A DNA stretch of 64,000 bases from Schizochytrium sp. TIO01 (taxonomy: Eukaryota; Protista; Bigyra: Labyrinthulomycetes): contig SMSO01000034.1 in the NCBI GenBank assembly GCA_004764695.1, positions 186,001-250,000 of the forward strand, given 5' to 3'. The position numbers were made by a program, and so were the translations under genes. Position 1 is the stretch's first letter; the number at the start of each line of letters is the position of its first letter. Of the stretch, positions 11,186 to 23,768 are shown piece after piece. The notes beneath the pieces are model-generated. The model saw nothing but the letters and a program-made list of their open reading frames with translations, was not told the origin of the DNA and did no database searches.

Positions 11186-12553
11186 TCATTCATTGATTCT
11201 CCCTCCCTCCCCCTTGAACTCATTATTTAATCCTCTTCTACTTCGCGCATCTTTCCAGTGGGATTCTGTTTCGGTTGCTTTCCATTGGAGGTTCGCGTAG
11301 AACTGATCTTGATCCTTCACAAACACGAAGGTAAAGAACTCGGTGAAACCATCAATCGTTTTCTCGGCTTTTGTACCTTCTTTCATGTAAAAGGAAAGCG
11401 TCTCACAATCAATGGGTTCAAACCCAGTGACTTTGACCCAAGTTCTCACTCGATTCTCCCCAGCGTGGTCAGTAGCAGTAACATTGTCATTGGGACTGAA
11501 ATCGGGCGCAGGTTCGATCATGATCTGAGGAAACTGGTTGCGTCGACCGTCGAACATGTGACGCATCCCCACCGACAAGGCTAAGCGATTATTGTCGTCG
11601 TCCTCGATGCCCACAGCCGCCACAGACGTCTTGTGAACTAGGTGTGCACAATCCACCATCCCATCTCGAATGCAAATTGGGATCTCAATTGATTGGAACA
11701 TGGCTAAGTCCCCATCAGGTTCCACAGCGGTGTACACTGAGCTATCGCTGTCGTCAGAACACAGAGAGCCTGGCTCATCATCCGAATGATAGTCCCAGCT
11801 GCGAATGTTCTGGAAATTGGCGACACTAACGATTTCAGGGGAACTCAGCTCAATGTTGTCAATATTGTATCCGAGACTATCCGACATGACCTCATTGGAA
11901 AACAGAGCAGCATCTCGAAGGGTAGTGAAGATAATCTCGAAGGTCAAGTCCATGGGTGGGTTGCCTCCTTCGTATCGAATAGCTCTTCTATGCGGTGAAG
12001 CGTCCGTATCTTCGGTCACCTCCGCAAACCCAGCGTTGTTGGCTACCGCGGAGTACACGTAGTGACGCACGCCTTTGGCATTCTTACTATCTTTGAGAGT
12101 ACCACAAACCTTGAAGAAACGCTCGGTTTTGACCTTTCTCGACCTTACCTCGGCCACGATCCCCCGCTGTACTCCGCTTTCATTTAATCTGCTACTTGTT
12201 TCGTTGCGCAGCGCAATCGAATACTGACTAAGCATATCGCGGTTCCGTACAAGGGAATCGAAATACCCCGTTGCCGACCTATATTTTTCCCGTTGGAAAG
12301 CACTGAGGTTGTCGAAGGAAGCACCGTCCGTTTCATCCAAATGATCGATCTTGGCCTCTATGTCAGCGATACGTGCCTCAACGCTCTCGAGCTTTTCTTT
12401 AAGCTGCTGTACAGCTTGATCCATTGCGTCTAGTTTAGCCAACTCGAGGGCTTCTTCGTCCCCTTCCTCAACTGTTGAAAATCGTATGCGGCCACCGCTG
12501 CCTCCGCCACCGCCGCTGGTTTCTTTTCCATTACGAGGGAGGAAGGAAGCCAT
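11186..12553 (-). CDS. Crinkler (CRN)-type protein: N-terminal coiled-coil header plus C-terminal HNH-like nuclease module
   Basis: FQSIE...DCAHLV...DDDNNRLALS...HMFDG...P matches the pattern of oomycete CRN C-terminal HNH-like domains. There is no LFLAK motif and no signal peptide. Confidence 0.7.
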   Translation of the reverse strand: MASFLPRNGKETSGGGGGSGGRIRFSTVEEGDEEALELAKLDAMDQAVQQLKEKLESVEARIADIEAKIDHLDETDGASFDNLSAFQREKYRSATGYFDSLVRNRDMLSQYSIALRNETSSRLNESGVQRGIVAEVRSRKVKTERFFKVCGTLKDSKNAKGVRHYVYSAVANNAGFAEVTEDTDASPHRRAIRYEGGNPPMDLTFEIIFTTLRDAALFSNEVMSDSLGYNIDNIELSSPEIVSVANFQNIRSWDYHSDDEPGSLCSDDSDSSVYTAVEPDGDLAMFQSIEIPICIRDGMVDCAHLVHKTSVAAVGIEDDDNNRLALSVGMRHMFDGRRNQFPQIMIEPAPDFSPNDNVTATDHAGENRVRTWVKVTGFEPIDCETLSFYMKEGTKAEKTIDGFTEFFTFVFVKDQDQFYANLQWKATETESHWKDARSRRGLNNEFKGEGGRINE

Positions 12554-13121
12554 TTTCTTTCACTCGGATGGACTGTTGCTCTGCTGCACCTGCCGGATTT
12601 GCTTCGAGCTATCATGCCCTAGTGATACGGAACTGCCTGAGTCAGGTGCACGGCAGTAGTTCCGTATCAAAATAAACTGGATGCTGCCCTGGCGCGGAAA
12701 CAGCAGCGGCACAAGACGCACGGTACTGCACAGGCGCAGCTGGAACGAGAGGGCGGTGGTTCTGCCCGCCCCCACTCTTACATCCGCTCCGTTATCTCTC
12801 TCTGTGTTACGAAGAAAAGAGAGAAAGACTAGAGATTGAAGAGCGAGAAGATGGAGGATCGATCGCTCCCAACTCAGAATCACGCAGTCGGCTAGCCTTT
12901 CTCTGCAGTCGCTCTCACCTCAAGAAAGCAGAAGTGGCAGCGGCGGTCCCACTCTGGGAGCTAAGGCAGAGATACCACGACGATGACAGGGGGATACTCA
13001 AAGAGTTGCTAGAGAAGTTCAACCGAAAATACATACACCCACAAAGGAACCTCGCCTTCAAAGAAAACACCTGGGGAGCGCGTGGAATATTTCGTCATCC
13101 TACCAAACGACCAACGCTACA

Positions 13122-14210
13122 TTGATCTTTTTTAAGCGCCTTAAGCGGGAGGAGTTGAAGAATTCAACGGGGGGGCGTAATCGGTGCTATGATAGCTTTT
13201 CAAAGTTGTTGAACCGAAGCAGCTTTTCTAAATCGCAGAAAGCTAGCAGCGAGCAGCGCGCTTCAGCGCTTTCGTACACACCGAAGCCTTTTACCAAGGA
13301 AGAAGAGAATGCTCTGGTGTTGATTATGCGAGAAGAGGTGCCGCATGATACAGAGTGGTATTATATACAAAGAAGCCACGATCGCTGTATTGCTTGGACA
13401 GAGGTTTCAAAGCGCTTCGATGAGATTACAGGCAGCTGCGATCGGCCCGAGAGTTCACTCCAAACCAAGTGGAATACTGTACTGCGATGCAAATTTAGCG
13501 AAGACCTGAAATTGGGGGAGCTTGTACGCAAGCACGCCATAGCCAGCGAAGGCCAGGGCTACAGAAATTACAAAAAAAAATCTGAAGTGGATTGGGGGGA
13601 AGTTCTTAGAGATTATAAGGATGATTTATCGAATCCTACAATTGTCAAAAGGCGCGTTCTTCGCCTTGGTTTGGTGCGTAAGAAGGAGGCAAGTAAAAGT
13701 CTGGGCAGGCCTCTCGTGCGACCGAAGCCCGTTGCGATTTATTCTGATCGACTGAGCGCCACCGGCTTGAGCGACATTCGTCTGAAGAATCGTTATTCGA
13801 AGGTGGAGTACGCAAGGATCTTTGAGGGCAATGCATACAGTTTCATTTTCAACTTGCATTCCCGTCAGGATTCGACGAACCCTTGTTACGATTTGCTAGC
13901 GCCTGTGTTCACGCATTTAAAGACTGAATTAGAGCCTAAGAGGGAACCGATAGATCCGCAAGACACTTCATTTCTTTTCACTCTTCATTTGAACGAATGG
14001 AAGGCTGTAAAAGTTTGCCTGGAGAACTATGTTTTCACAGCGGAGCGCCATAGAAAGCTCTTTAAACGATGCCTTATTAATTGGCTCTTTCCTGGTTCTA
14101 GGCCGCAGAAACTATGTTCTCATCACTTCATCCAACAGCATCTTATAACCAATGCGAGAGGAAAGAAGTTTCATTGTATAATAGCCAACGCTTGCATAAT
14201 TTTATCGTAA
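13122..14210 (+). CDS. Myb/SANT-like DNA-binding domain ORF (5' end unclear; possible pseudogene or spliced gene)
   Basis: PFTKEEENALV...IAWTEVSKRF...RPESSLQTKW is followed by a second degenerate repeat (FSEDLKLGELVRKH...VDWGEV). No in-frame ATG precedes the Myb motif. An upstream frame (12934-13125) overlaps the start. Confidence 0.55.
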   Translation: MIFFKRLKREELKNSTGGRNRCYDSFSKLLNRSSFSKSQKASSEQRASALSYTPKPFTKEEENALVLIMREEVPHDTEWYYIQRSHDRCIAWTEVSKRFDEITGSCDRPESSLQTKWNTVLRCKFSEDLKLGELVRKHAIASEGQGYRNYKKKSEVDWGEVLRDYKDDLSNPTIVKRRVLRLGLVRKKEASKSLGRPLVRPKPVAIYSDRLSATGLSDIRLKNRYSKVEYARIFEGNAYSFIFNLHSRQDSTNPCYDLLAPVFTHLKTELEPKREPIDPQDTSFLFTLHLNEWKAVKVCLENYVFTAERHRKLFKRCLINWLFPGSRPQKLCSHHFIQQHLITNARGKKFHCIIANACIILS

Positions 14211-14482
14211 AAACTTAGTTTTGAAGGATACTAAAGATAACGTATCTATGTATTATCACGTAAATCTCAACGTTTCTTTTAGTTTGTTAAGTTGAAACTG
14301 GCACTCGATCCCATTCTCACTTGAGACAACCGTCGATATAGCATACGGGCAATTCATTAATTTGATTCAGTTTCAAGGTGAACGAAGAATGTATTCAACA
14401 AATTTTCTCAAATAATCTTTGTCTTTCTTTAATACAATGGTCAATTAAGGTGGCAAATCGTTCGTCGCGTCTCTTGAAGAGT

Positions 14483-14821
14483 TTAGTTCTGCTTGTACTC
14501 GAGCTTGGCGTCGGACGGGGTGATGCCAAGAATCTCGCGGTTGTTAGCACCAAAGAACGTCTTCCACGGGCCCTTGGACGGCTTCATGTCCATGTGGGCG
14601 GTCTTCCAGCTGCCTACGGAGAGCGCAAAGACGATGCAGCCAACGAGAGGCCAGACCTCGGGGGCCTTGAAGAACATCATCTTCTCGCGAACGGCAGTGG
14701 GAGTCTGGATGAGGAACTTGGAGTGGCCGCCATGGGACTGGCCAGCCTCAGGGAACTTGATCTGCTTTGCCTCAGTGGAGAGCATGCGGCGTGCAGCAGC
14801 GCGTGCGGTGGAGGCCATCAT
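14483..14821 (-). CDS. NDUFA4/B12D-like protein, array copy 2
   Basis: The protein is identical to copy 1. Confidence 0.7.
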   Translation of the reverse strand: MMASTARAAARRMLSTEAKQIKFPEAGQSHGGHSKFLIQTPTAVREKMMFFKAPEVWPLVGCIVFALSVGSWKTAHMDMKPSKGPWKTFFGANNREILGITPSDAKLEYKQN

Positions 14822-16378
14822 TTTTGCTTGGTGAGTTTGTAAGAGTCTAAAGACTTGACTAACAGCGGCTTGTATTGCCTTCGGTTGGAATGTTTTGGTT
14901 TTGGTTTTGGTTTTGGAGTTTCGGGTTTGCTTCAAAGGCATCGCGAGGTTAAGACTCCCTACTCCTAATATCACTTAAGGACTCTTATCCGCATTGATTA
15001 ACTTGTATCAAATTATAAACGTGCAACTTTCTTAGCGTTATAATGTAATGCAGAAGTGGAAAGCAGCTGTTCTTGGAAGGCCATGGGAACGAACCGAGAT
15101 TCCCATTGCCAGAGCTATTTATCTATCTATCAAGCTAGCTACCCAGCTAGAGACGCCACGCTTACTTATATTACATTTCGCCCAACTCCATGAGTTCGGG
15201 ACGCGAGCGACTTTCTGTCTGTCCAGTTGAGCAGGCAGAGGATTGCTCGGAAACGTCCGGGCGGCACGTGAAGAATCGTTCCCGCCCCGCCCCACAGCTG
15301 CCGAGCTCAGCTTGTTTCTGAACACGTTTTAGAGTCGTAGGTCTGGGCACTGCGGGGGCGCTGAGGGGCGCCCCAGGTTGGCTCTGCTTGTTTCTGCGGA
15401 CGCTTGCTTGCCTTGAAAAGCCGCATCGTAGCGGCTTTAGATACATCGTGGTGCTCATAGAACCTTTTAGCAGTTGGTAGGATACTTATCCTTCCTATCG
15501 AAAAAGGGACTGCGCAAAGGCTTCAGATAGATTCCGGGGTCACTGGAGTCGAACGCATAAGATTCGAATCATCTTTATATTGGTTTGGTGCTCTATTTTG
15601 TGAATATGGCCAAATGCAATCAGCAGGAGGTTTTATCGAAAGGATTGAATATGTAAAATGTCGAGGATTTCAAGGCTAAATGCTACTCTCAAATATAGGC
15701 ACGGCAACCAAGAGACTCCATTCGCACAGATTTTCAATCATTCTTAGCAAAGTGTTGGGCCACGGGCCTGGTGATACAGTATTTGAGTCAAGATTAGAAT
15801 CCTCAGCAGCATCATGTATTATGCCAAAGGCTTACAATTTATCACCAAAGCTTTATCTTCAAGATTAAACGTGCAGAAGGCAACGGCTTTATTGGGAGCT
15901 TCGTGGTTCATTTAGATCGTGACAGAAGTCCGAATCGCAGCATAGATTTTTAATTGTTTGGGAGGGTACAATGTCGTAGTCAAATTTGTCCGATGAAAAA
16001 TTCCATGTCTTTTATAATATTAAAACAATAAATTCATTTTTTTAAAAACTAAATGTAGCACCAGCACTCAGCTATTGTACTATTGTAGGGCATGAAAGCT
16101 TTCGACACAGGTTGACAAAGATTAAAAGAGCTTTAGGGCATGCAAGCATCAGCATTTGTGGTTGAAGTCCCATCATTCCAATTTAGCTCTGCTGTAATTC
16201 ATCCATGCAATTGCCGTAAGTGATTCAATCTTTATACAAGGCCAAGTCGACTGTTTGTAGTATTAGTTTCAAGGTGAACGAAGAATGTGTTCAACAAATT
16301 TTCTCAAATAATCTTTGTCTTTCTTTAATACAATGGTCAATTAAGGTGGCAAATCGTTCGTCGCGTCTCTTGAAGAGT

Positions 16379-16717
16379 CTAGTTCTGCTTGTACTCGAGC
16401 TTGGCGTCGGACGGGGTGATGCCAAGAATCTCGCGGTTGTTAGCACCAAAGAACGTCTTCCACGGGCCCTTGGACGGCTTCATGTCCATGTGGGCGGTCT
16501 TCCAGCTGCCTACGGAGAGCGCAAAGACGATGCAGCCAACGAGAGGCCAGACCTCGGGGGCCTTGAAGAACATCATCTTCTCGCGAACGGCAGTGGGAGT
16601 CTGGATGAGAAACTTGGAGTGGCCGCCATGGGACTGGCCAGCCTCAGGGAACTTGATCTGCTTTGCCTCAGTGGAGAGCATGCGGCGTGCAGCAGCGCGG
16701 GCGGTGGAAGCCATCAT
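16379..16717 (-). CDS. NDUFA4/B12D-like protein, array copy 3
   Basis: The protein is identical to copy 1. An in-frame stop upstream limits this ORF to the 112-aa product and supports the MMAST start. Confidence 0.7.
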   Translation of the reverse strand: MMASTARAAARRMLSTEAKQIKFPEAGQSHGGHSKFLIQTPTAVREKMMFFKAPEVWPLVGCIVFALSVGSWKTAHMDMKPSKGPWKTFFGANNREILGITPSDAKLEYKQN

Positions 16718-18344
16718 TTTTGCTTGATGAGTTTGTACGTGTCTAAAGACTTGACTGACAGCGGCTTGTGTTGCCTTTGATTGCGGTGTTTTGGTTTTGC
16801 TTTTGGAGTTGCAGGTTTGCTACTCGAGCTTTGCCATCTCCAGGCTCGACTCTTAACGGCATATAGTAAGTTCTATTGACCACCTTGAATTTGTATCTAA
16901 TCAGAAAAGTGCAACCTCCACCTCCATAGTGTTCCCAATTGTGAAGGGCCCTTCAAGCTAAGCTTTCCTTTTTCGCAGTGTCTCGAGGACGTTTCTGGCA
17001 AGATGCAGCAGATATGCGTCAGTTCGATACGCAAGGTGCACTGCTGGTGGCCTCGGACGGCTTGGCAATTGCTCAGAAACGTCCCAGCGCAGTAGGTCCC
17101 TTCGATTCCTTCATAATTGACTGCCGAGGCAGAATATTTTTCCATCACTAGAACTCGCCTATGCACAGTTTCTCGGCCCGCACTGTGGGTGAAAGCCATC
17201 GAAGTGCGGGAAAGTCTAGCTTTCTTTGCGCTCTGTTCCGCGGACGTTTCTTCCCTTATCGACCGCCCTTTGGCTTCTTTCTCTTCTTTCCACTTTCGAA
17301 GTGCATTGTCTCGAGCAAGATCCGATTATATATGGCGTGTACTTGGTGAGACCAAGGAGTTGGCATCAGCCAATCGCAAGCTTTGGTGATGCAGACAAGG
17401 CAGCATGTCCACTCATGTAGATTCGAGGTTTTTGCGCAGTGCGTGATGGACGAGGTAGTAATCGGTGCTGGAGACGAGAAATTTTGACATCAGAGGACTT
17501 CTAACTTTTTTCTTTTTTTTTTTCTAAACTTACTTGACCTCGAGAGCAGGTTTTAGCTTCAAGAGGTTTTACATAGTAGTTGTATGAAATGGGGGAAAGG
17601 GGATCCTCAGAACCCACTGGCAATGATCCGTCTTGAATTTTACGCGAAATTACAGTTGTCACTGTTCACCGCACTGCTGTCTTGTAGTACGTTAAAGATC
17701 TGTAGAAGCTTGGTCTAATTTGTAATTGGCATAAGGGTCAGCACATTTGTATGCAGATGTTTTCGAAAGAATGCTGTATCACTGCATGGTACGCTCGCGT
17801 TATGTACTATTTGTGTGAGAAACTTGGTCAGATTTAAACTTCGTCTTTACTTCAACAATCGTCAAGGTTTTTCAGAGCTTAGCACTGCGAATTTGCAACT
17901 GTTAAGAAATTGTATTTTTATTTCGTCTTCCGTTGACTAATGTACTTCATAATCGTCAAAGTTTTTCAGAAATTAGCACTGCGAATTTGCAACTGTTAGG
18001 AAATTCGGTTTTAATGAATGAGGTGAATGATTCTATTGTCCGAACTCTCAAAATGTATCAATTCAAGTTTTAGGAGTGCTGCTCTATTCCGGGGGTTGAC
18101 TAAAATCAGACTTAGTCTTTCTACTTTGTAAACTTAAAGCGCGCAACAACTTAACTAGCAACTCTTCAAAGGATAAACGATGGTCTGCTGAGTTTTCTCA
18201 TTAGTCAACTTCTGAACCATCCAGTAGGCACGATGAAAGATCTGGCAAATCAATATATCTTGAATATTTCAAATATGTTTATCTTTATACATTAGTCAAT
18301 TTGCAGGTAACTATAACAACGTGATGAATTGAAAGATTGTGCGT

Positions 18345-18683
18345 CTAGTTCTGCTTGTACTCGAGCTTGGCGTCGGACGGGGTGATGCCAAGAATCTCGC
18401 GGTTGTTAGCTCCAAAGAACGTCTTCCATGGGCCCTTGGACGGCTTCATGTCCATGTGGGCGGTCTTCCAGCTGCCTACGGAGAGAGCAAAGACGATGCA
18501 GCCAACGAGAGGCCAGACCTCGGGGGCCTTGAAGAACATCATCTTCTCGCGAACGGCAGTGGGAGTCTGGATGAGAAACTTGGAGTGGCCGCCATGGGAC
18601 TGGCCAGCCTCAGGGAACTTGATCTGCTTTGCCTCAGTGGAGAGCATGCGGCGTGCAGCAGCGCGTGCGGTGGAGGCCATCAT
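18345..18683 (-). CDS. NDUFA4/B12D-like protein, array copy 4
   Basis: The protein is identical to copy 1. Confidence 0.7.
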   Translation of the reverse strand: MMASTARAAARRMLSTEAKQIKFPEAGQSHGGHSKFLIQTPTAVREKMMFFKAPEVWPLVGCIVFALSVGSWKTAHMDMKPSKGPWKTFFGANNREILGITPSDAKLEYKQN

Positions 18684-20918
18684 TTTTGCTTGGTGAGTTT
18701 GTAAGTGTCTAAAGACTTGACTGACAGCGGCTTGTGTTGCCTTTGATTGCGGTGTTTTGGTTTTGGTTTTGGAGTTGCGGGTTTGCTCCAAAGGCATCGC
18801 CAGGGCAAGACTTCCTACTCCTAGCATCGCCTAGCAACTTCTATTCCCGCTGGTAAACTTGTATTGAAAAGTAAAAGTGCAACTTCTCCCAGAGGTACCT
18901 TCTAAGCAGAGCATGATAAAAAGACAGCGCAAACAGTATGTTTATAAATAAAAATAACTCGTGCTCGCTACCCGAACCGGTGTCCATGATTGGCTGAGGA
19001 CGCACGCACGCGGCTCAAGTTTTCATAGTTTTCATACAGCGTCAGGGGCTTCGGGCATCGCGGACGGGGCCTGCTCAGAAACGTCCCAGCCCTCGCGTGC
19101 ATCCATTTTGATCTTGAACGAGGGTGCGCTGCATCGACGACGATGATAATTTTGGGGTCTCCTTCTTTTGAGAGTCTTGAAAGAAATGGCTCGCACTGTG
19201 GGAGCGAACTAGGCATTTCGCGGCTGCGGGGAACTTCTGCTTTCGCGCTGTTTTGTTTCTAGGGACGCTTCTCTACTCCGGCTTCTAACTTTTCCCCGCA
19301 GCGCCCTTCATACTACTGAGAGCCATAGCGAGTCCCTGTGTCTTTTTATTTTATTATTTTGTTATTCTATTATTTTAATTTAATTAATTAATTTAAAAAT
19401 AAAACTCATGAGTGCGCTAAGGTTGAGAATGGGACGGATAGATGGGACGAACTTGAGCTGGATATTACGAGCAGATCTAGTGGAACAGACGCACCGGCAT
19501 GCCAAGGCTTTTAGCAGAGCGGATCCTTCGCTGCGCAGCGCAGCGCTTGGATGGTTTAGACAAAGTTCTGAGGCGGAATTATTGCTGAGAAGAGACTTGG
19601 CGTATTGACCAAACAGCACTGCTGGTTACATGCCCAGGATGACGTATTCGAACCACCGAGATCTCAAGTAGGCTCCCTCAATGCATGAAATGCACCGGCT
19701 CAGCTATTGCCAACTATGGTGATGGACTGGGTAAGTTTTAAAATCAAGAGGACACCTCCGCATTTGTTGCAGTTTTAGATTCAATGCGACTTGAGAGTCT
19801 TTATTTGACAAAGGGCCATAACACCGACCAAAAGACTCCGAAGAGTCTATATGAAATTTGCCGTACTTACCATTCAACGCTGCCAAGAAGAGAGTACCCG
19901 GGTATAGGTGAAAGCTGTTGTATGAAATTTAGAAAGCATGGGATAACGATGATAAAGTTTTATTTTTGAAAGTCAAGGTTGCATTGAGTCTAGTCAATTA
20001 CATTTGGTATCAATCAAATATGTGAATTCTGCGTGTGATATTTTTTTACAGGAAACTTCGATGCAGCATTACTAGTATTGGTAAAGATTGTCTCTTCAAG
20101 GATTACCTATCATTGTGGTTGCTCCGTAATTAATGCTCATACTGCATGTATGGAATTTCAAAATAAAATAGAAAAAGGGTCAATCTATTTACTTGGCAAA
20201 GGAGGAGTCTTTAGACATACCTATAAAACGTATATCAGCACCAATGATTCGTCGGATCAAAAGGAGTCCTAGTTTAATGAAATCACGAGACAGCTTTCGA
20301 ATCAAAGAATGTATTTAAATGCTCTGTAGGCTTATCTAAACGCGGTTTTGTTTGCTTGCTTGCAAAGCCATAGCCTAATGCTATGCCCATTTTCTTTGTT
20401 CAGTAGGGACTTTGTACATGCTGCAAAGCTGGGCTAAAACCATGATTGTTGAAACGTTTCTCCAGAATTCCTGGTTTCAGGACTGTTTGGTCTTGAGCTT
20501 TACCTATATGTATATATATATATATACATTAAGGTGGCAGTTTGCCAGAGATAAGGTGGTGGCAAAATCCTTCGTCGTAGCTTTCATATTAAGTCAGTGT
20601 CTAGCACATAGATTGTGCCATGCATCATTTGCCACTGATTCGTTAATGGGTTAATCCGTGTGCTGTTGATCACCTTACTAACACCAAGTCTAAATGCTGT
20701 CTGTGCAAGTTACAATCTCTCGATTATCGTCTTTGATTACTGTCGCCCCCATCGAGATTTATGTAGCCGCCTCTTTCGCTAACACTGCCAGAAACACTGT
20801 GTCACCTGCAACTTGAAAAGCAAAGGATTCGTTGTAAGAATAGAGAAAAAAGTATTCCAAATAAGTTGATCTTTAATACAATGGTCAATTAGGGTGGCAA
20901 ATCGTCACGCCTCTGGGT

Positions 20919-21257
20919 CTAGTTCTGCTTGTACTCGAGCTTGGCGTCGGACGGGGTGATGCCAAGAATCTCGCGGTTGTTAGCTCCAAAGAACGTCTTC
21001 CACGGGCCCTTGGACGGCTTCATGTCCATGTGGGCGGTCTTCCAGCTGCCTACGGAGAGCGCAAAGACGATGCAGCCAACGAGAGGCCAGACCTCGGGGG
21101 CCTTGAAGAACATCATCTTCTCGCGAACGGCAGTGGGAGTCTGGATGAGAAACTTGGAGTGGCCGCCATGGGACTGGCCAGCCTCAGGGAACTTGATCTG
21201 CTTTGCCTCAGTGGAGAGCATGCGGCGTGCAGCAGCGCGTGCGGTGGAGGCCATCAT
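20919..21257 (-). CDS. NDUFA4/B12D-like protein, array copy 5
   Basis: The protein is identical to copy 1. Confidence 0.7.
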   Translation of the reverse strand: MMASTARAAARRMLSTEAKQIKFPEAGQSHGGHSKFLIQTPTAVREKMMFFKAPEVWPLVGCIVFALSVGSWKTAHMDMKPSKGPWKTFFGANNREILGITPSDAKLEYKQN

Positions 21258-23429
21258 TTTTGCTTGGTGAGTTTGTACGTGTCTAAAGACTTGACTGACA
21301 GCGGCTTGTGTTGCCTTTGATTGCGGTGTTTTGGTTTTGGTTTTGCTTTTGGAGTTTCGGGTTTGCTTCAAAGGCATCGCGAGGTTAGGCCTTCTGCTCC
21401 TAGCATCGCTTAAGGGCTCCTATATCTTTCCCTGAGTTCCTGTGCAACTCTAAAAACGAAACTTCTACTATCTCCACATTAGTGCCTATATAGTCCTACC
21501 GCCAGTTTCCTTCTAATTCCAAAGGTCTTTTCCATCTAACTTTTTATTTTAATCTTCAAACTATAAAAAATAAAACATCGCAGGCCCTCTATATATATGA
21601 TATATATATATTTTTTTTAGAAAAAGTCATTTAAAAAACCACACAAATAAAAGCAATCATAAAATACTATATAGCGAGAAGACAGCGAATCTCAAGGCAG
21701 GTCAGCGAACGAAAGGCCTCGCGGTAAGGCGGAACAGCGCATTCTCTGCGGACACCCTCAGACGGACGGACGCGTGATCTGCGAGCACTTCGGTTGTGTG
21801 CGCGCAGATGCGCAGATAACCAGAGCTCTGGAGCGAGCGGCCTCGGACGGCTTGCGCGCCGTGTGTTTGTTTGCTGAGAACTTCAGAAACGTCCCAACGC
21901 CGGCTGCGGGCCCACAGCTTGGCGCCGCCGCGACTGGCTCTAGGTTCTCGGCACCCACACTGTGGGGTGGTGTATGTCCTCCCCCTTTGGCGGCGGTGGG
22001 AAGATATCTCGTGCTCTCGTTCCCGCGGACGCTTCCCTCTAAACATATGTATTTACGTATGTTTGTATGGTACAGAGAGAGCATTCACTCGCTGCTGTAG
22101 ATCGCAGCGAGTGCCGCGTTGAAGTTGGTTGCTCAGGATGTTTGCGCTTTCATGGAATCGAGGTCGCTTCGCGAGGGACGCGTGGTTGTTTGGGGTCAAG
22201 AGTTTGATTTGATTTGATCTGATCTGATTTTATTCGATTCGATTCGATTCGATTCGATTCGACCGTTTGTTTGTTCTGTTTGTGAAGGCTCGGTTGAGGT
22301 TTTAGGCTGTACGAACGAAGACGGGCGCAGTGGAATTCCAAGAGGTTGCATGAAGATTATGTCCGCGAGGCACCTACGGAGAAGTGCTCCAGCTTTGGAA
22401 TTTATATATAACTAACTCTGCCAGGGTCTTGTGAAACCCAGGTTTTAGGCTTAATGCTCCAAGCTGAGCGGGAGCCCAACATGTTTTATGTCCAATGAAT
22501 GATCTGAGTTTGAAGTGCTATGCAGGTGTCTTTACACAATCTAGGTTCAAGCTCTAAAGCCTGTTTGGCCACGTGGGGGTGTTATTGTAGATTTGGCATC
22601 TCTACAAATTTGTCCGGTGGAATTCCCCATGCATGCGTGTGACCAAATTTCTGCAAGCAGCCCAATCTAGGCACCAGCAACAGCGATATACTTTACAATA
22701 GAAAGAGTTTTGCGAATGTCTTAGAGACCACTTGAAGAAGAAGGAACTCAACAAAAAAGTCGAGCCATAGAGCCCAGACTCATGCAGACTTCGAACGCAC
22801 GTTCAATTTTGATATTCATCATCATTCACTCATATTTTAACATTTTGTGTATATCTTCAAGGGGGTGCAACGAAACGCCCTTGCATCCAAGGTTCTGTAA
22901 GTAATTACAATTAGTCAGATTATGTCCACCTACTATGAGTTTGATTTGTTTGATATCTTGCAAGCGAGGGTGTGGAATCAATAAAAAGGAGCAAGCTTTA
23001 ACATATAAATTTAACTGTACTAAAATCCACTTGCAAGAGGGACCAGAGTGGAAAGCATCTCAACTTTATTGATGTACTGTGCTTGCTGGAAACTCCTAAT
23101 GCTGTATATCACCATTCGGCTAGGCAAACTAAGCAGGTTGGTCCCTCGACATTGCTGTCAAAGAAAACTCGAACAGTGCAGACTATTCGTAAGTGCTTGT
23201 TCAAATGGTCTCGCGTCTGCTCAAGACGTTTGTTTGTCCTCCATATATCGGCATTGCACGACGCCCCGGAACAAGAAGACTTTCGCGTCGAAGCGTGGAT
23301 GGACCAAGCTCAAGAGATATCAACAGGTTCTGTAAAACATCGCAAACAAGTTTATCATTTATTAATACAGGTGAGTACGTTGTGGCGGCGTTGGAGCTAG
23401 GATGACGAGATAATGTTGCACGTGTTCAA

Positions 23430-23768
23430 TTAGTTCTTCTTGTACTCGAGCTTGGCGTCAGACGGGGTGATGCCGAGAATCTCGCGGTTGTTGGCACCAA
23501 AGAACGTCTTCCATGGGCCCTTGGACGGCTTCATGTCCATGTGGGCGGTCTTCCAGCTGCCTACGGAGAGAGCAAAGACGATGCAGCCAACGAGAGGCCA
23601 GACCTCGGGGGCCTTGAAGAACATCATCTTCTCGCGAACGGCAGTGGGGGTCTGGATGAGAAACTTGGAGTGGCCGCCATGGGACTGGCCAGCCTCAGGG
23701 AACTTGATCTGCTTTGCCTCAGTGGAGAGCATGCGGCGTGCAGCAGCGCGTGCGGTGGAGGCCATCAT
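23430..23768 (-). CDS. NDUFA4/B12D-like protein, array copy 6
   Basis: It differs from copy 1 only at the penultimate residue (YKKN vs YKQN). Confidence 0.7.
   Translation of the reverse strand: MMASTARAAARRMLSTEAKQIKFPEAGQSHGGHSKFLIQTPTAVREKMMFFKAPEVWPLVGCIVFALSVGSWKTAHMDMKPSKGPWKTFFGANNREILGITPSDAKLEYKKN

Noticed and set aside
11150-14367. Assignment of the inserted cassette to PIF/Harbinger
   Set aside because: No DDE transposase motif, terminal inverted repeats or target-site duplication could be seen.
17857-18005. Two ~55-bp direct repeats (AATCGTCAA...GCAACTGTTA)
   Set aside because: A simple local duplication in a spacer, with nothing suggesting function.
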